DNA from: Lacticaseibacillus zeae DSM 20178 = KCTC 3804
GTDB taxonomy: Bacteria > Bacillota > Bacilli > Lactobacillales > Lactobacillaceae
Assembly: GCF_000260435.1 (NCBI RefSeq)
Contig: NZ_BACQ01000062.1
Span: 83,330-107,329, forward strand
Reading direction: 5' to 3'
Length of the DNA stretch: 24,000 nt
Part shown: positions 15,586 to 23,099 of the stretch, piece by piece
How positions within the stretch are numbered: the first letter of the stretch is position 1
How the letters are laid out: each line of letters begins with the position of its first letter
Notes under the pieces: generated by a model
The model's input: only the letters and a program-made list of their open reading frames with translations
What the model was told of the DNA's origin: nothing
The model's database searches: none
Position numbers and translations under genes: made by a program

Positions 15586-16881
15586 ATGAGCATTACTGTC
15601 TTAATAGACTATGTGTTAATCGCGTTAGTTGGTGGCGTGGGATCGATTTTAGCCAATCGAGGGATTGCCGTGTTTAATGACGGCTTGCGGCCGATCATGC
15701 CAGAATATCTGGAAGGGAAGATCGATCGCAAAGAGCTGGCAGCCACTAGTTTTGCCGTTAGTTTTGGATTAATTATCGGATTTGGGATTCCAGTATCAAT
15801 TGGCTCAACAATTCTGGTGGCACATAGTATTTTGCTTGCGGCCGATATCATCGGTACGTGGACACCGGCAAATAAATGGGGAACAGTGCTGGCTGGTTTT
15901 GTTGGTGCGGTATACGGTATAGGACTGCTGTTCGGGTTGTCATTTATTGTTTCGGCCTTCAAGATGCTTCCTGTTAATTTTCTGGGAGCTTTATCACTCT
16001 TAGGGGGGCCAATTCTTTTGGCTTTCTGTGCATTTCCAGCCCTGGCAGTTGCCAGTCAACATGGCGCAAAGAAAGGGATCATCACATTTGGAGCAACATT
16101 CATCGCTTATCTTCTTTGCACAAAGTTCGGTGTTTTCTCGATCGGTAACGGAATCAAAATCACATTAAATCCAATTGGCATGTCGCTCCTGGTCGCGATG
16201 CTGTTCATGCTTTACTTTGCTGCACAAATTAAAGGTGAAGGCACTTCAAATGCGAGTTTAGTCAACGTCTTTTCGGCACGGGTTTCCCGGATTAAAAAGA
16301 ACTGGATATGGTTGTCCATCATGGGTGGCTTAATTACAGCGGCATCCAGTGTCCTAATTATTGCAGTTGATGTTCTGCCTCAACAACTATTGGTTAAAGG
16401 ACAAGTTATGGAAGCTGCTATTGCAACGTTAGCAAGGGCTATTGGTTTTATCCCATTGGTCTTTTCCACTGCAATAGTTACTGGCGTTTATGGCATGGCA
16501 GGAACAACAATCATTTTTGCAATTGGGCTTTTGCTGAAGGGCAATCCAATTGTCGCGTTCCTTGCTGGATTTGTTTGGATGTGGATTGAAGTACAAGCAC
16601 TTTCTGGTACTGCAAAAGGCCTGGATAAGTTTCCTGGATTGCGAGATATGGGTGAACATATCCGCACTTCGCTAACCGATACGATTGCTATTGCTTTGCT
16701 CATTGGCGCAGCGCTGGCTTGCAATAAGATGGCACCAAACCTCGGATACTTTTGGGTGATCGGAGTTTGGTTGCTGAATAAGAAGCTAAAGAAGCCTTTG
16801 GTTGATATGGCGGTTGGTCCGATTGCTGCCATTGCACTTGGAGTTTTACTGAATTTATTGCGGATCGTGCATCTGTTTTAG
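15586..16881 (+). CDS. yhfT: YhfT-like polytopic membrane protein (putative transporter)
   Basis: About 431 aa and highly hydrophobic with many predicted TM segments. ATG 15586 follows AAGGAGGG, so the track start TTG 15565 contains the RBS. Size and synteny match E. coli YhfT. Confidence 0.8.
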   Translation: MSITVLIDYVLIALVGGVGSILANRGIAVFNDGLRPIMPEYLEGKIDRKELAATSFAVSFGLIIGFGIPVSIGSTILVAHSILLAADIIGTWTPANKWGTVLAGFVGAVYGIGLLFGLSFIVSAFKMLPVNFLGALSLLGGPILLAFCAFPALAVASQHGAKKGIITFGATFIAYLLCTKFGVFSIGNGIKITLNPIGMSLLVAMLFMLYFAAQIKGEGTSNASLVNVFSARVSRIKKNWIWLSIMGGLITAASSVLIIAVDVLPQQLLVKGQVMEAAIATLARAIGFIPLVFSTAIVTGVYGMAGTTIIFAIGLLLKGNPIVAFLAGFVWMWIEVQALSGTAKGLDKFPGLRDMGEHIRTSLTDTIAIALLIGAALACNKMAPNLGYFWVIGVWLLNKKLKKPLVDMAVGPIAAIALGVLLNLLRIVHLF

Positions 16882-16902
16882 AACGGTCCGAAGGGAGGAA
16901 AC

Positions 16903-17787
16903 ATGTTATTACCAGGTAAGGTTTATGCACATGAGCACATTCCAATTGATTTGTCTGAGGTCAAGCAAAACGAAGACTGCCACCTCGATACTATTGATCA
17001 AGTCATTGAAGAATTTAAAGGACTTTATCAAAAAGGAATACGTAACGTTATTAGCATGACGAACAAAGGCATGGGAAGAAATATCCCATATGCCAACAAA
17101 GTTGCAAAAGAGTCTGGCGTCAATATTGTGCAGTGTACTGGTTTCTATCAGGATGCGTTTTTGCCGATTGAGGTTTTTCGATTGTCCGTAACTCAGTTAG
17201 CTGAACAGATGATTGAAGATATTCAAGTTGGCATTAAAGGAACCGATGTTAAGGCTGGTGTAATTGGCGAAATTGCCACATCAAAAGGGCGTTGGACAGC
17301 TGCGGAAGAAAAAGTTTTTCAAGCCGCAGTAATTGCTCAACAAGAAACGGGTTGTCCAATTAGCACGCATACGTCAATTGGAACACTGGGCCATGAACAG
17401 GTTGCTTTCTTTAAGAGATATCATGCTGATCTCAAACACATTGTTATCGGGCATGTTGATTTAACCGGCAATGCTGAATATGTATTAGACATGTTGAAGA
17501 CGGGTATTAATGTCGAATTTGACACAATTGGCAAGAACAATTACATGCCTGATCGAACACGAGTTGAGATGTTAAAAGCAATCGAAGAGGCAGGCTTTAC
17601 AGATCAAGTGGTTTTGTCTATGGACATCACACGTAAGTCACATCTGAAAATCAATGGAGGAAATGGTTACGCTTATCTACTTGATTCATTTATTCCGCAG
17701 TTACGGGAGGCGGGTATTTCGGAATCCTTCATTAATAAGATGTTAGAAGCAAATCCTCAAAGAATCTATGGTGATATCAATGCCTAG
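16903..17787 (+). CDS. php: phosphotriesterase homology protein Php (Glu-bridged binuclear metal amidohydrolase)
   Basis: Collinear with E. coli Php as I recall it. Shared blocks: AHEHIPIDLS, GIRNVISMTN.GMGRN, CTGFYQDAF, KAGVIGEIATS (E123 at the bridging position), PISTHTS, IGHVDL, FDTIGKN, LSMDITRKSHLK.NGG.GY.YLL..FIPQLR. Confidence 0.9.
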   Translation: MLLPGKVYAHEHIPIDLSEVKQNEDCHLDTIDQVIEEFKGLYQKGIRNVISMTNKGMGRNIPYANKVAKESGVNIVQCTGFYQDAFLPIEVFRLSVTQLAEQMIEDIQVGIKGTDVKAGVIGEIATSKGRWTAAEEKVFQAAVIAQQETGCPISTHTSIGTLGHEQVAFFKRYHADLKHIVIGHVDLTGNAEYVLDMLKTGINVEFDTIGKNNYMPDRTRVEMLKAIEEAGFTDQVVLSMDITRKSHLKINGGNGYAYLLDSFIPQLREAGISESFINKMLEANPQRIYGDINA

Positions 17788-18886
17788 TTTTAAGACTTAT
17801 CCACTGGAAAGTATTAATTATGAAGAAGCATTTCAAAAGCAGTTTCGTTTAGTCGATGAAATCAGTCGTCACTTTAAAGGATCTGAGTTTCTCAGTCGTG
17901 GTGATTTAGGTGTTGTTCGCGGACTTAATCAGCCTCGCTATACCAGGCGAGTCGAAGAGGTACTTGCAGCATATTTTCATGCAGAAGATGCCATGTTAGT
18001 CAGGGGGGCAGGAACTGCAGCGATTCGCATGGCTTTGCACAGCTATCTTTCGACCGGACAGACCCTGCTCATTCACGATGCGCCAATTTATCCAACCACA
18101 CAAACGTCAATCAAAATGATGTCGCTACAAACGATTCGGGTTGATTTCAATAATCTACGTCACCAGCAATTACCTGATGCTCCAGACGGTATTCTTGTCC
18201 AATACACTCGGCAAAAGCCAGACGACTCCTATGATATGGAAAATGTGATTTCTTTCTTTAAGGAACGATATCCAGAAGTTCCTATTATCACTGATGACAA
18301 TTATGCTGTGATGAAAGTCCATAAGATTGGTGTTGAGCTTGGTGCGAATTTAAGTTGTTTTTCGACATTTAAATTGCTTGGGCCTGAGGGAATTGGCTGC
18401 ATAGTTGGGGATAAATCGGCTATTGAAAGATTAAGATCAGAGAATTATTCGGGTGGTTCACAAGTACAAGGGCATGAAGCAATCGATGTTTTACGTGGAT
18501 TAACGTATGCACCCGTTGCGTTAGCCACGCAAGCAAGAGTTGTAAATGAATTATCACAGCGACTGAATGCACATGAGATTCCGGGTATTTCCGACGCATA
18601 TGTGGCAAATGCTCAATCAAAAGTCTTGTTTGTTGAATTTGAGCAACCGATTGCTGAAACTGTTTTGAAATATGCAAATGATCTTGGTGCCGCACCAAAT
18701 CCTGTAGGTGCCGAATCAAAGTATGAGATAGTTCCGATGTTCTATCGAGTATCTGGGACGTTTAAAGAATTTGATCCTAATCTTTTACAAACAACAATTC
18801 GAATAAATCCATATCGCTGCGGCCCTGATACTGTCATCCGAATCTTAAAAGAAAGTGTGAAGAAGGTGATGTCGTCGTGTTCTTAA
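17780..18886 (+). CDS. yhfS: YhfS-like PLP-dependent (fold type I, aminotransferase/lyase-like) enzyme
   Basis: Shared blocks with E. coli YhfS as I recall it: GSEFL..GDLG...GLNQPR, DAPIYPTT, TDDNYAVMKV, GPEGIGCIVGD, YSGGSQVQG, ANAQSKVL.VEF.QPIA, PVGAESKYEI.P.FYR.SGTF, IRINP.R. ATG 17780 overlaps the php stop by 8 nt. Confidence 0.85.
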   Translation: MPSFKTYPLESINYEEAFQKQFRLVDEISRHFKGSEFLSRGDLGVVRGLNQPRYTRRVEEVLAAYFHAEDAMLVRGAGTAAIRMALHSYLSTGQTLLIHDAPIYPTTQTSIKMMSLQTIRVDFNNLRHQQLPDAPDGILVQYTRQKPDDSYDMENVISFFKERYPEVPIITDDNYAVMKVHKIGVELGANLSCFSTFKLLGPEGIGCIVGDKSAIERLRSENYSGGSQVQGHEAIDVLRGLTYAPVALATQARVVNELSQRLNAHEIPGISDAYVANAQSKVLFVEFEQPIAETVLKYANDLGAAPNPVGAESKYEIVPMFYRVSGTFKEFDPNLLQTTIRINPYRCGPDTVIRILKESVKKVMSSCS

Positions 18887-20049
18887 AACAATTGGAAAAG
18901 TTGAATCCCGAATTAATCCAATACGCATTTAAGTTACACCAAACGGGCCAAATATTGCCCGATACGTATGTGATTGATTTAGATATGATTCGTCAGAATA
19001 CAAGTTATATGGTTGCTGAGGCTAAAAAGAATCACGTTGAGTTACTTTATATGACGAAACAAGTTGGACGGAATCCTGTCATTGCAAAAGAAGTTGTGAA
19101 TGCTGGCATTCCAGAGGCTGTAGTAGTAGATTTTCGGGAAGCTGAGACTTTTATGGAAAACGGGCTTGCCTTAGGAAATGTGGGACACTTGGTGCAACCA
19201 CCAAAGCACTTTCTAAAGCGGCTTCTAAAGTATGGAACTAAGTACGTCACGATGTATTCACTTGAAAATGCCCAGAAATTAAATGAAGTAGCAAGTGCGG
19301 TCGGAATCAAACAAAAAGTCTTGTTAAAAGTTGTAGGCAACGGAGACGATATTTATCCTGGACAGACTGGTGGCTTCACGCTTGCTGAACTAGACAAACA
19401 GCTTGATCAGCTTAAAACGCTGTCAAATATCAAACTTGTCGGAATCACAACTTTTCCTGCGATTCTCTACGATGAATCAAAACAAGATTTCTTGGCTACA
19501 GCAAATTTAAAGACAATTGACAGAGCTAAGAATATTTTTAATAAGCATCATTTAAAAACACAAGTCGTTAGTTTGCCATCAGCAACTTCAACAACTTCAA
19601 TACCACTAATCAAACAGCTTGGTGGTAATGAAGGGGAACCTGGACACGCTTTGACCGGTACGACGCCACTGCATGCAGTGAAGGATCAACCTGAGAAGCC
19701 AGCTTATTGCTACGTAAGTGAAGTCTCACATACGTTTGGCTCACATAGTTACGTGTTTGGTGGTGGTTGGTATCGACGCGGACATTTAAAAAATGCCTTG
19801 GTTCAAGATGGCGAATATTACGTCCACGCGCATGTATTACCACTTGAAAATTCAAATATCGACTATTACTTGGAGCTAGACCAGCAGTTTAAATCTGGCT
19901 TGCCGGTAGTAATGGCTTTTCGGACGCAAATATTTGTGACGCGGAGCACAGTGGCTTTAGTACGAGGACTGCAAACAGCCGGAGCCACGCCTGAATTAGT
20001 TGGTCTATACGATAGTCAAGGAAAGAAATTACCAGGAAGGATGCAATAA
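18877..20049 (+). CDS. yhfX: YhfX-like fold-type III PLP enzyme (alanine-racemase N-terminal-domain family)
   Basis: Shared blocks with E. coli YhfX as I recall it: MFL...L...NP.LI..A..L.Q.G.I.PD..VID.D, LYMTKQ.GRNP, GHLVQ, YPGQ.GGF, PSATS.TS.PL, EPGHALTGT.P, QPE, YGGG.YRRGH, IDYYL, FRTQIFVTRS.VALV.G. The GTG start overlaps the yhfS stop by 10 nt. Confidence 0.85.
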   Translation: MFLKQLEKLNPELIQYAFKLHQTGQILPDTYVIDLDMIRQNTSYMVAEAKKNHVELLYMTKQVGRNPVIAKEVVNAGIPEAVVVDFREAETFMENGLALGNVGHLVQPPKHFLKRLLKYGTKYVTMYSLENAQKLNEVASAVGIKQKVLLKVVGNGDDIYPGQTGGFTLAELDKQLDQLKTLSNIKLVGITTFPAILYDESKQDFLATANLKTIDRAKNIFNKHHLKTQVVSLPSATSTTSIPLIKQLGGNEGEPGHALTGTTPLHAVKDQPEKPAYCYVSEVSHTFGSHSYVFGGGWYRRGHLKNALVQDGEYYVHAHVLPLENSNIDYYLELDQQFKSGLPVVMAFRTQIFVTRSTVALVRGLQTAGATPELVGLYDSQGKKLPGRMQ

Positions 20050-20050
20050 T

Positions 20051-21280
20051 ATGGGCAAATACGGTGTTATTGTTTTGGATAGTTTTGGAGTGGGGGCAAT
20101 GGATGACGTGCCTAAAGTGCGTCCAAATGATATTGGTGCGAACACGGCGCTAAACATCATTAAGGCAGTACCGCAGATCAAAATCCCCAATTTGGAAAAG
20201 CTGGGTCTAATGAACGCTATTGGTCAAGAAAGAGGGAGCCACAAGTTTTCTACCACGGCCAACTGGGGCACCTCATTATTGATGCATCATGGAGCTGATT
20301 CATACCTCGCACACCAAGAGATTATGGGAACTAAACCTAAAATGCCCCTTCTTCAACCCTTTAACGAGGTGATTGATACTGTTGAAGCACAAGTTAAGAA
20401 GGACGGTTTTGACGTTGAACGTTACGGTAAACCTGGGTATCAATTACTGATTGTTGATCACTGTGCGACAATCGGTGATAACCTGGAAGCTGATCCGGGA
20501 CAAGTTTATAACGTAACAGCGGCCCTTGATGAAATGCCTTTTGATAAGATTACGCGCCTAGGTGAATCCGTGCGTAGTGTCGTCAAGGTGTCTCGCGTGA
20601 TTGCGTTTGGTGGACGTGGAGTTAGTCTAAAAAACATCTTAGCGGCTCGGAAAATCGAACATGAGAAATATGTTGGCGTATCAGCACCTGAATCAGGTGT
20701 TTACAATACAGATTATCATGTTATCCATTTAGGCTATGGGATTAATCCCAAGGTTCAGTTGCCTTCTATTTTACATGCAAATGGTATTGATGTCGCTTTA
20801 GTTGGCAAGACGGCAGATATTATCAATGTTGACACGCCAAGAAAGTTTCCAGGTGTTGATACAAATTATCTTTTTGACAAATTTGTTGAACAATCGAAAG
20901 ATATTAAGGACGGTCTGCTGTTTATGAACATCCAAGAAACTGATTTAGCAGGTCATGCGGAGGATCCTGTTCGTTACGCAGAAGTACTTGAAACTGCAGA
21001 TAAGCGCCTATCAGATGTGCTGCCACTTTATACAGGTGATGACATTTTGATCGTCATGGCTGACCACGGCGATGATCCGACAATTGGATTTAGTTTACAC
21101 ACACGTGAGCGTACACCGCTTTTGATTTATAAAGAGGGAACGCACAATAAGTACGTTGGTGAACGTTCCACATTGTCAGATGTTGGCGCGACTGGATCAG
21201 ATTATTTTGATGTTTCATTCCCAGAAAATGGCAAAAGCTTCTTGCATAGGATTATTGATGGTACAGATCTGGATGCGTAA
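20051..21280 (+). CDS. yhfW: YhfW-like phosphopentomutase-family metalloenzyme (alkaline-phosphatase superfamily mutase)
   Basis: Motifs seen: an N-terminal VIVLDSFGVGAMDD metal/phospho-transfer motif, ETDLAGHAEDP and IVMADHGDDPT, all typical of the DeoB-like mutase core. ATG 20051 lies 1 nt after the yhfX stop, so the track start at 20000 is an overlap artefact. Confidence 0.85.
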   Translation: MGKYGVIVLDSFGVGAMDDVPKVRPNDIGANTALNIIKAVPQIKIPNLEKLGLMNAIGQERGSHKFSTTANWGTSLLMHHGADSYLAHQEIMGTKPKMPLLQPFNEVIDTVEAQVKKDGFDVERYGKPGYQLLIVDHCATIGDNLEADPGQVYNVTAALDEMPFDKITRLGESVRSVVKVSRVIAFGGRGVSLKNILAARKIEHEKYVGVSAPESGVYNTDYHVIHLGYGINPKVQLPSILHANGIDVALVGKTADIINVDTPRKFPGVDTNYLFDKFVEQSKDIKDGLLFMNIQETDLAGHAEDPVRYAEVLETADKRLSDVLPLYTGDDILIVMADHGDDPTIGFSLHTRERTPLLIYKEGTHNKYVGERSTLSDVGATGSDYFDVSFPENGKSFLHRIIDGTDLDA

Positions 21281-21305
21281 ATTTTAAATTTATTAGTTAC
21301 AACGC

Positions 21306-21353
21306 AAAGTCGTTTGAATCCACGCTCATCCGCAATGATTCAAACGACTTTTT
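21306..21353 (+). terminator. strong rho-independent terminator ending module C and the AT-rich block
   Basis: AAAGTCGTTTGAATC (21306-21320) pairs perfectly with GATTCAAACGACTTT (21337-21351) over 15 bp, and runs into a CTTTTTG tract. Confidence 0.8.
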
Positions 21354-21587
21354 GCATACCCACGCAACACTTAACTTCAATTTCTCCCCATTCCACCTTT
21401 ACACCCGAACGTTTCTCCGATAAACTCAGATTACATTCAGCTAATACAGATCCAGCCTTTGTGTGTAACAGCGGCACGATAACGCACTCACAGGACTGGA
21501 TCATCTAGAAAAGGCTGAACCAAATAGACGCGCACTGGTTAGCCCACAACTTATCTGCGGGATAACCAGTGCAAGGGGGGACAGAAA

Positions 21588-22430
21588 ATGGCGAAGTTAG
21601 TGTTACAGACGGATTTTGGCTTGGTTGATGGTGCCGTTGCGGCGATGTATGGTGTCGCTTATGGGGTGAATGGCGATTTGTCGATTCATGATTTGACGCA
21701 TGAGATTCCACCTTATGATATTTTTGCGGCGTCTTATCGGCTGTATCAGACGACGAAGTATTGGCCTGAAGGAACGGTTTTTGTGTCGGTGGTTGATCCG
21801 GGTGTTGGCAGTGATCGGCGGAGTATTATCGCGGAGACGGCTGATCATCATTTTATTATCACACCGGATAACGGGACGTTGACGCATTTGGCGAAGTTTG
21901 TGGGTTTGAAGCGTGTGAGTGTGATCGATGAGGCGTCGCATGCGTTGCCTGGGAGTCAGGAGAGTCATACGTTCCACGGCCGGGATGTTTATGCTTATAA
22001 TGGCGCTAAGTTGGCGAGTGGTCAGATTTCTTTTGAGGATCTTGGTCAGCCGATTTCGCCTGACGATGTGGTGATGTTGCCGCTGGGCGAAGTGACGGAA
22101 GGCGATAACCAGATTGCCGGCACGATTGACATTTTGGATATCCGTTTTGGCTCGCTGTGGACGAATATTCCACTGGATACGTTTAAAAAGCTTGGTGTTG
22201 AGCCGGGCGAGCTGGTGCAGGTGTCGATTTATTATCGGGATCAGATGCGGTACCAAAACCAGATGCCGTTTACGCGGACGTTTGCCGCAGTGCGGGTTGG
22301 CGAGCCGCTGGTGTATGTGAACTCCTTGCTGAATCTGGGTGTGGCGATTAATCAGGATTCATTCTCGAAGCTGTATCACATTGGCACCGGTGTCGATTGG
22401 CATATCACTGTGAAGCGGCTTTCGGTATAA
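21588..22430 (+). CDS. SAM hydroxide adenosyltransferase family protein (DUF62, fluorinase/chlorinase-like)
   Basis: The N-terminal LVLQTDFGLVDGAVAAMYGV, VSVVDPGVGS and ITPDNGTL blocks are typical of DUF62 proteins. RBS is GGGGGG. Strong G-ending codon bias. Confidence 0.85.
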   Translation: MAKLVLQTDFGLVDGAVAAMYGVAYGVNGDLSIHDLTHEIPPYDIFAASYRLYQTTKYWPEGTVFVSVVDPGVGSDRRSIIAETADHHFIITPDNGTLTHLAKFVGLKRVSVIDEASHALPGSQESHTFHGRDVYAYNGAKLASGQISFEDLGQPISPDDVVMLPLGEVTEGDNQIAGTIDILDIRFGSLWTNIPLDTFKKLGVEPGELVQVSIYYRDQMRYQNQMPFTRTFAAVRVGEPLVYVNSLLNLGVAINQDSFSKLYHIGTGVDWHITVKRLSV

Positions 22431-22537
22431 TTGACCCGTCGTATGGGTTATGTGAAAAGTGGCCTGATGTGTCGCTGGACAGGTAACGACGATTCATCAG
22501 TGAAAAGATAACGTTCATTCTTATAGGGGGATTCGGT

Positions 22538-23098
22538 ATGCGAGATCACAAAGTTTTGAGTGTTCGGACAGTTGTCGCAATTGGTATTGGTACAGCTATT
22601 TTATTTATTTTAAAAAGATTTGCAGTTATTCCAACGGGCATTGCGAACACGAACATTGACATTTCCTATGGTTTTCTTGGCTTCATTGCCACCCTTTTTG
22701 GGCCGGTTGCAGGCTTCTTTATCGGCTTTTTGGGCCATGCTTTGAACGACTTTACCCAATACGGCCAGCCGTGGTGGACCTGGGTGTTCACTACCGGATT
22801 GGTTGGTATGGTAATCGGTCTGTTCTGGAAGCGATTCAACATTGAAGCTGGCAATTTTGGCATGAAAAAGATTGTCGCGTTCAATGTTCTGCAGGTGATT
22901 ACCAATGGGGTTGGCTGGAGTCTGATTGCGCCGACGCTGGATATCATCATATATAGTGAGCCGGCGAATAAGGTTTATGTTCAGGGGATTGTTTCGGCGA
23001 TTTCGAATAGTATTGCGACTGGCGTGATTGGCACGATTTTGCTGGTGGCGTATGCTGCAACCCGGACACGTTCTGGCAGTCTGAAGAAAGAGTCTTGA
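22538..23098 (+). CDS. ECF-transporter substrate-specific (S) component, UPF0397-like, substrate unknown
   Basis: 186-aa membrane protein with about 5-6 hydrophobic segments, placed directly before an ECF-type ATPase gene (ATG 1 nt after its stop). Confidence 0.7.
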   Translation: MRDHKVLSVRTVVAIGIGTAILFILKRFAVIPTGIANTNIDISYGFLGFIATLFGPVAGFFIGFLGHALNDFTQYGQPWWTWVFTTGLVGMVIGLFWKRFNIEAGNFGMKKIVAFNVLQVITNGVGWSLIAPTLDIIIYSEPANKVYVQGIVSAISNSIATGVIGTILLVAYAATRTRSGSLKKES

Positions 23099-23099
23099 T

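Larger units (their letters stand above)
950..21353. other. AT-richer accessory carbohydrate-utilisation block of three modules, with no mobility genes seen
   Basis: Codon usage switches from G/C-ending (ttg, gcg, acg, ccg) in 1..917 and 21588..24000 to A/T-ending inside the block. Hand counts of single 60-nt lines gave about 28% and 45% GC inside, and about 43% and 63% in the right flank, so single lines overlap. The boundaries are approximate. Confidence 0.5.

Noticed and set aside
21314-21508. 64-aa + strand ORF right after yhfW
   Set aside because: It starts inside the strong terminator hairpin and has no RBS. Its sequence is S/T/P/H-rich, and it lies in the junction region.
21500-21587. 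Possible riboswitch upstream of the DUF62 gene
   Set aside because: Only one 9-bp stem is visible. I could not match it to the SAM, preQ1, THI-box or other riboswitch consensus features I know. It is kept only as a low-interest note.
21603-22256. 217-aa minus-strand ORF, plus the smaller + frame ORFs 21700..21882 and 22114..22320
   Set aside because: These are Arg/His/Ile-rich nonsense-like sequences lying antisense to, or out of frame with, the DUF62 gene. The strong G-ending codon bias of that gene keeps alternative frames open.
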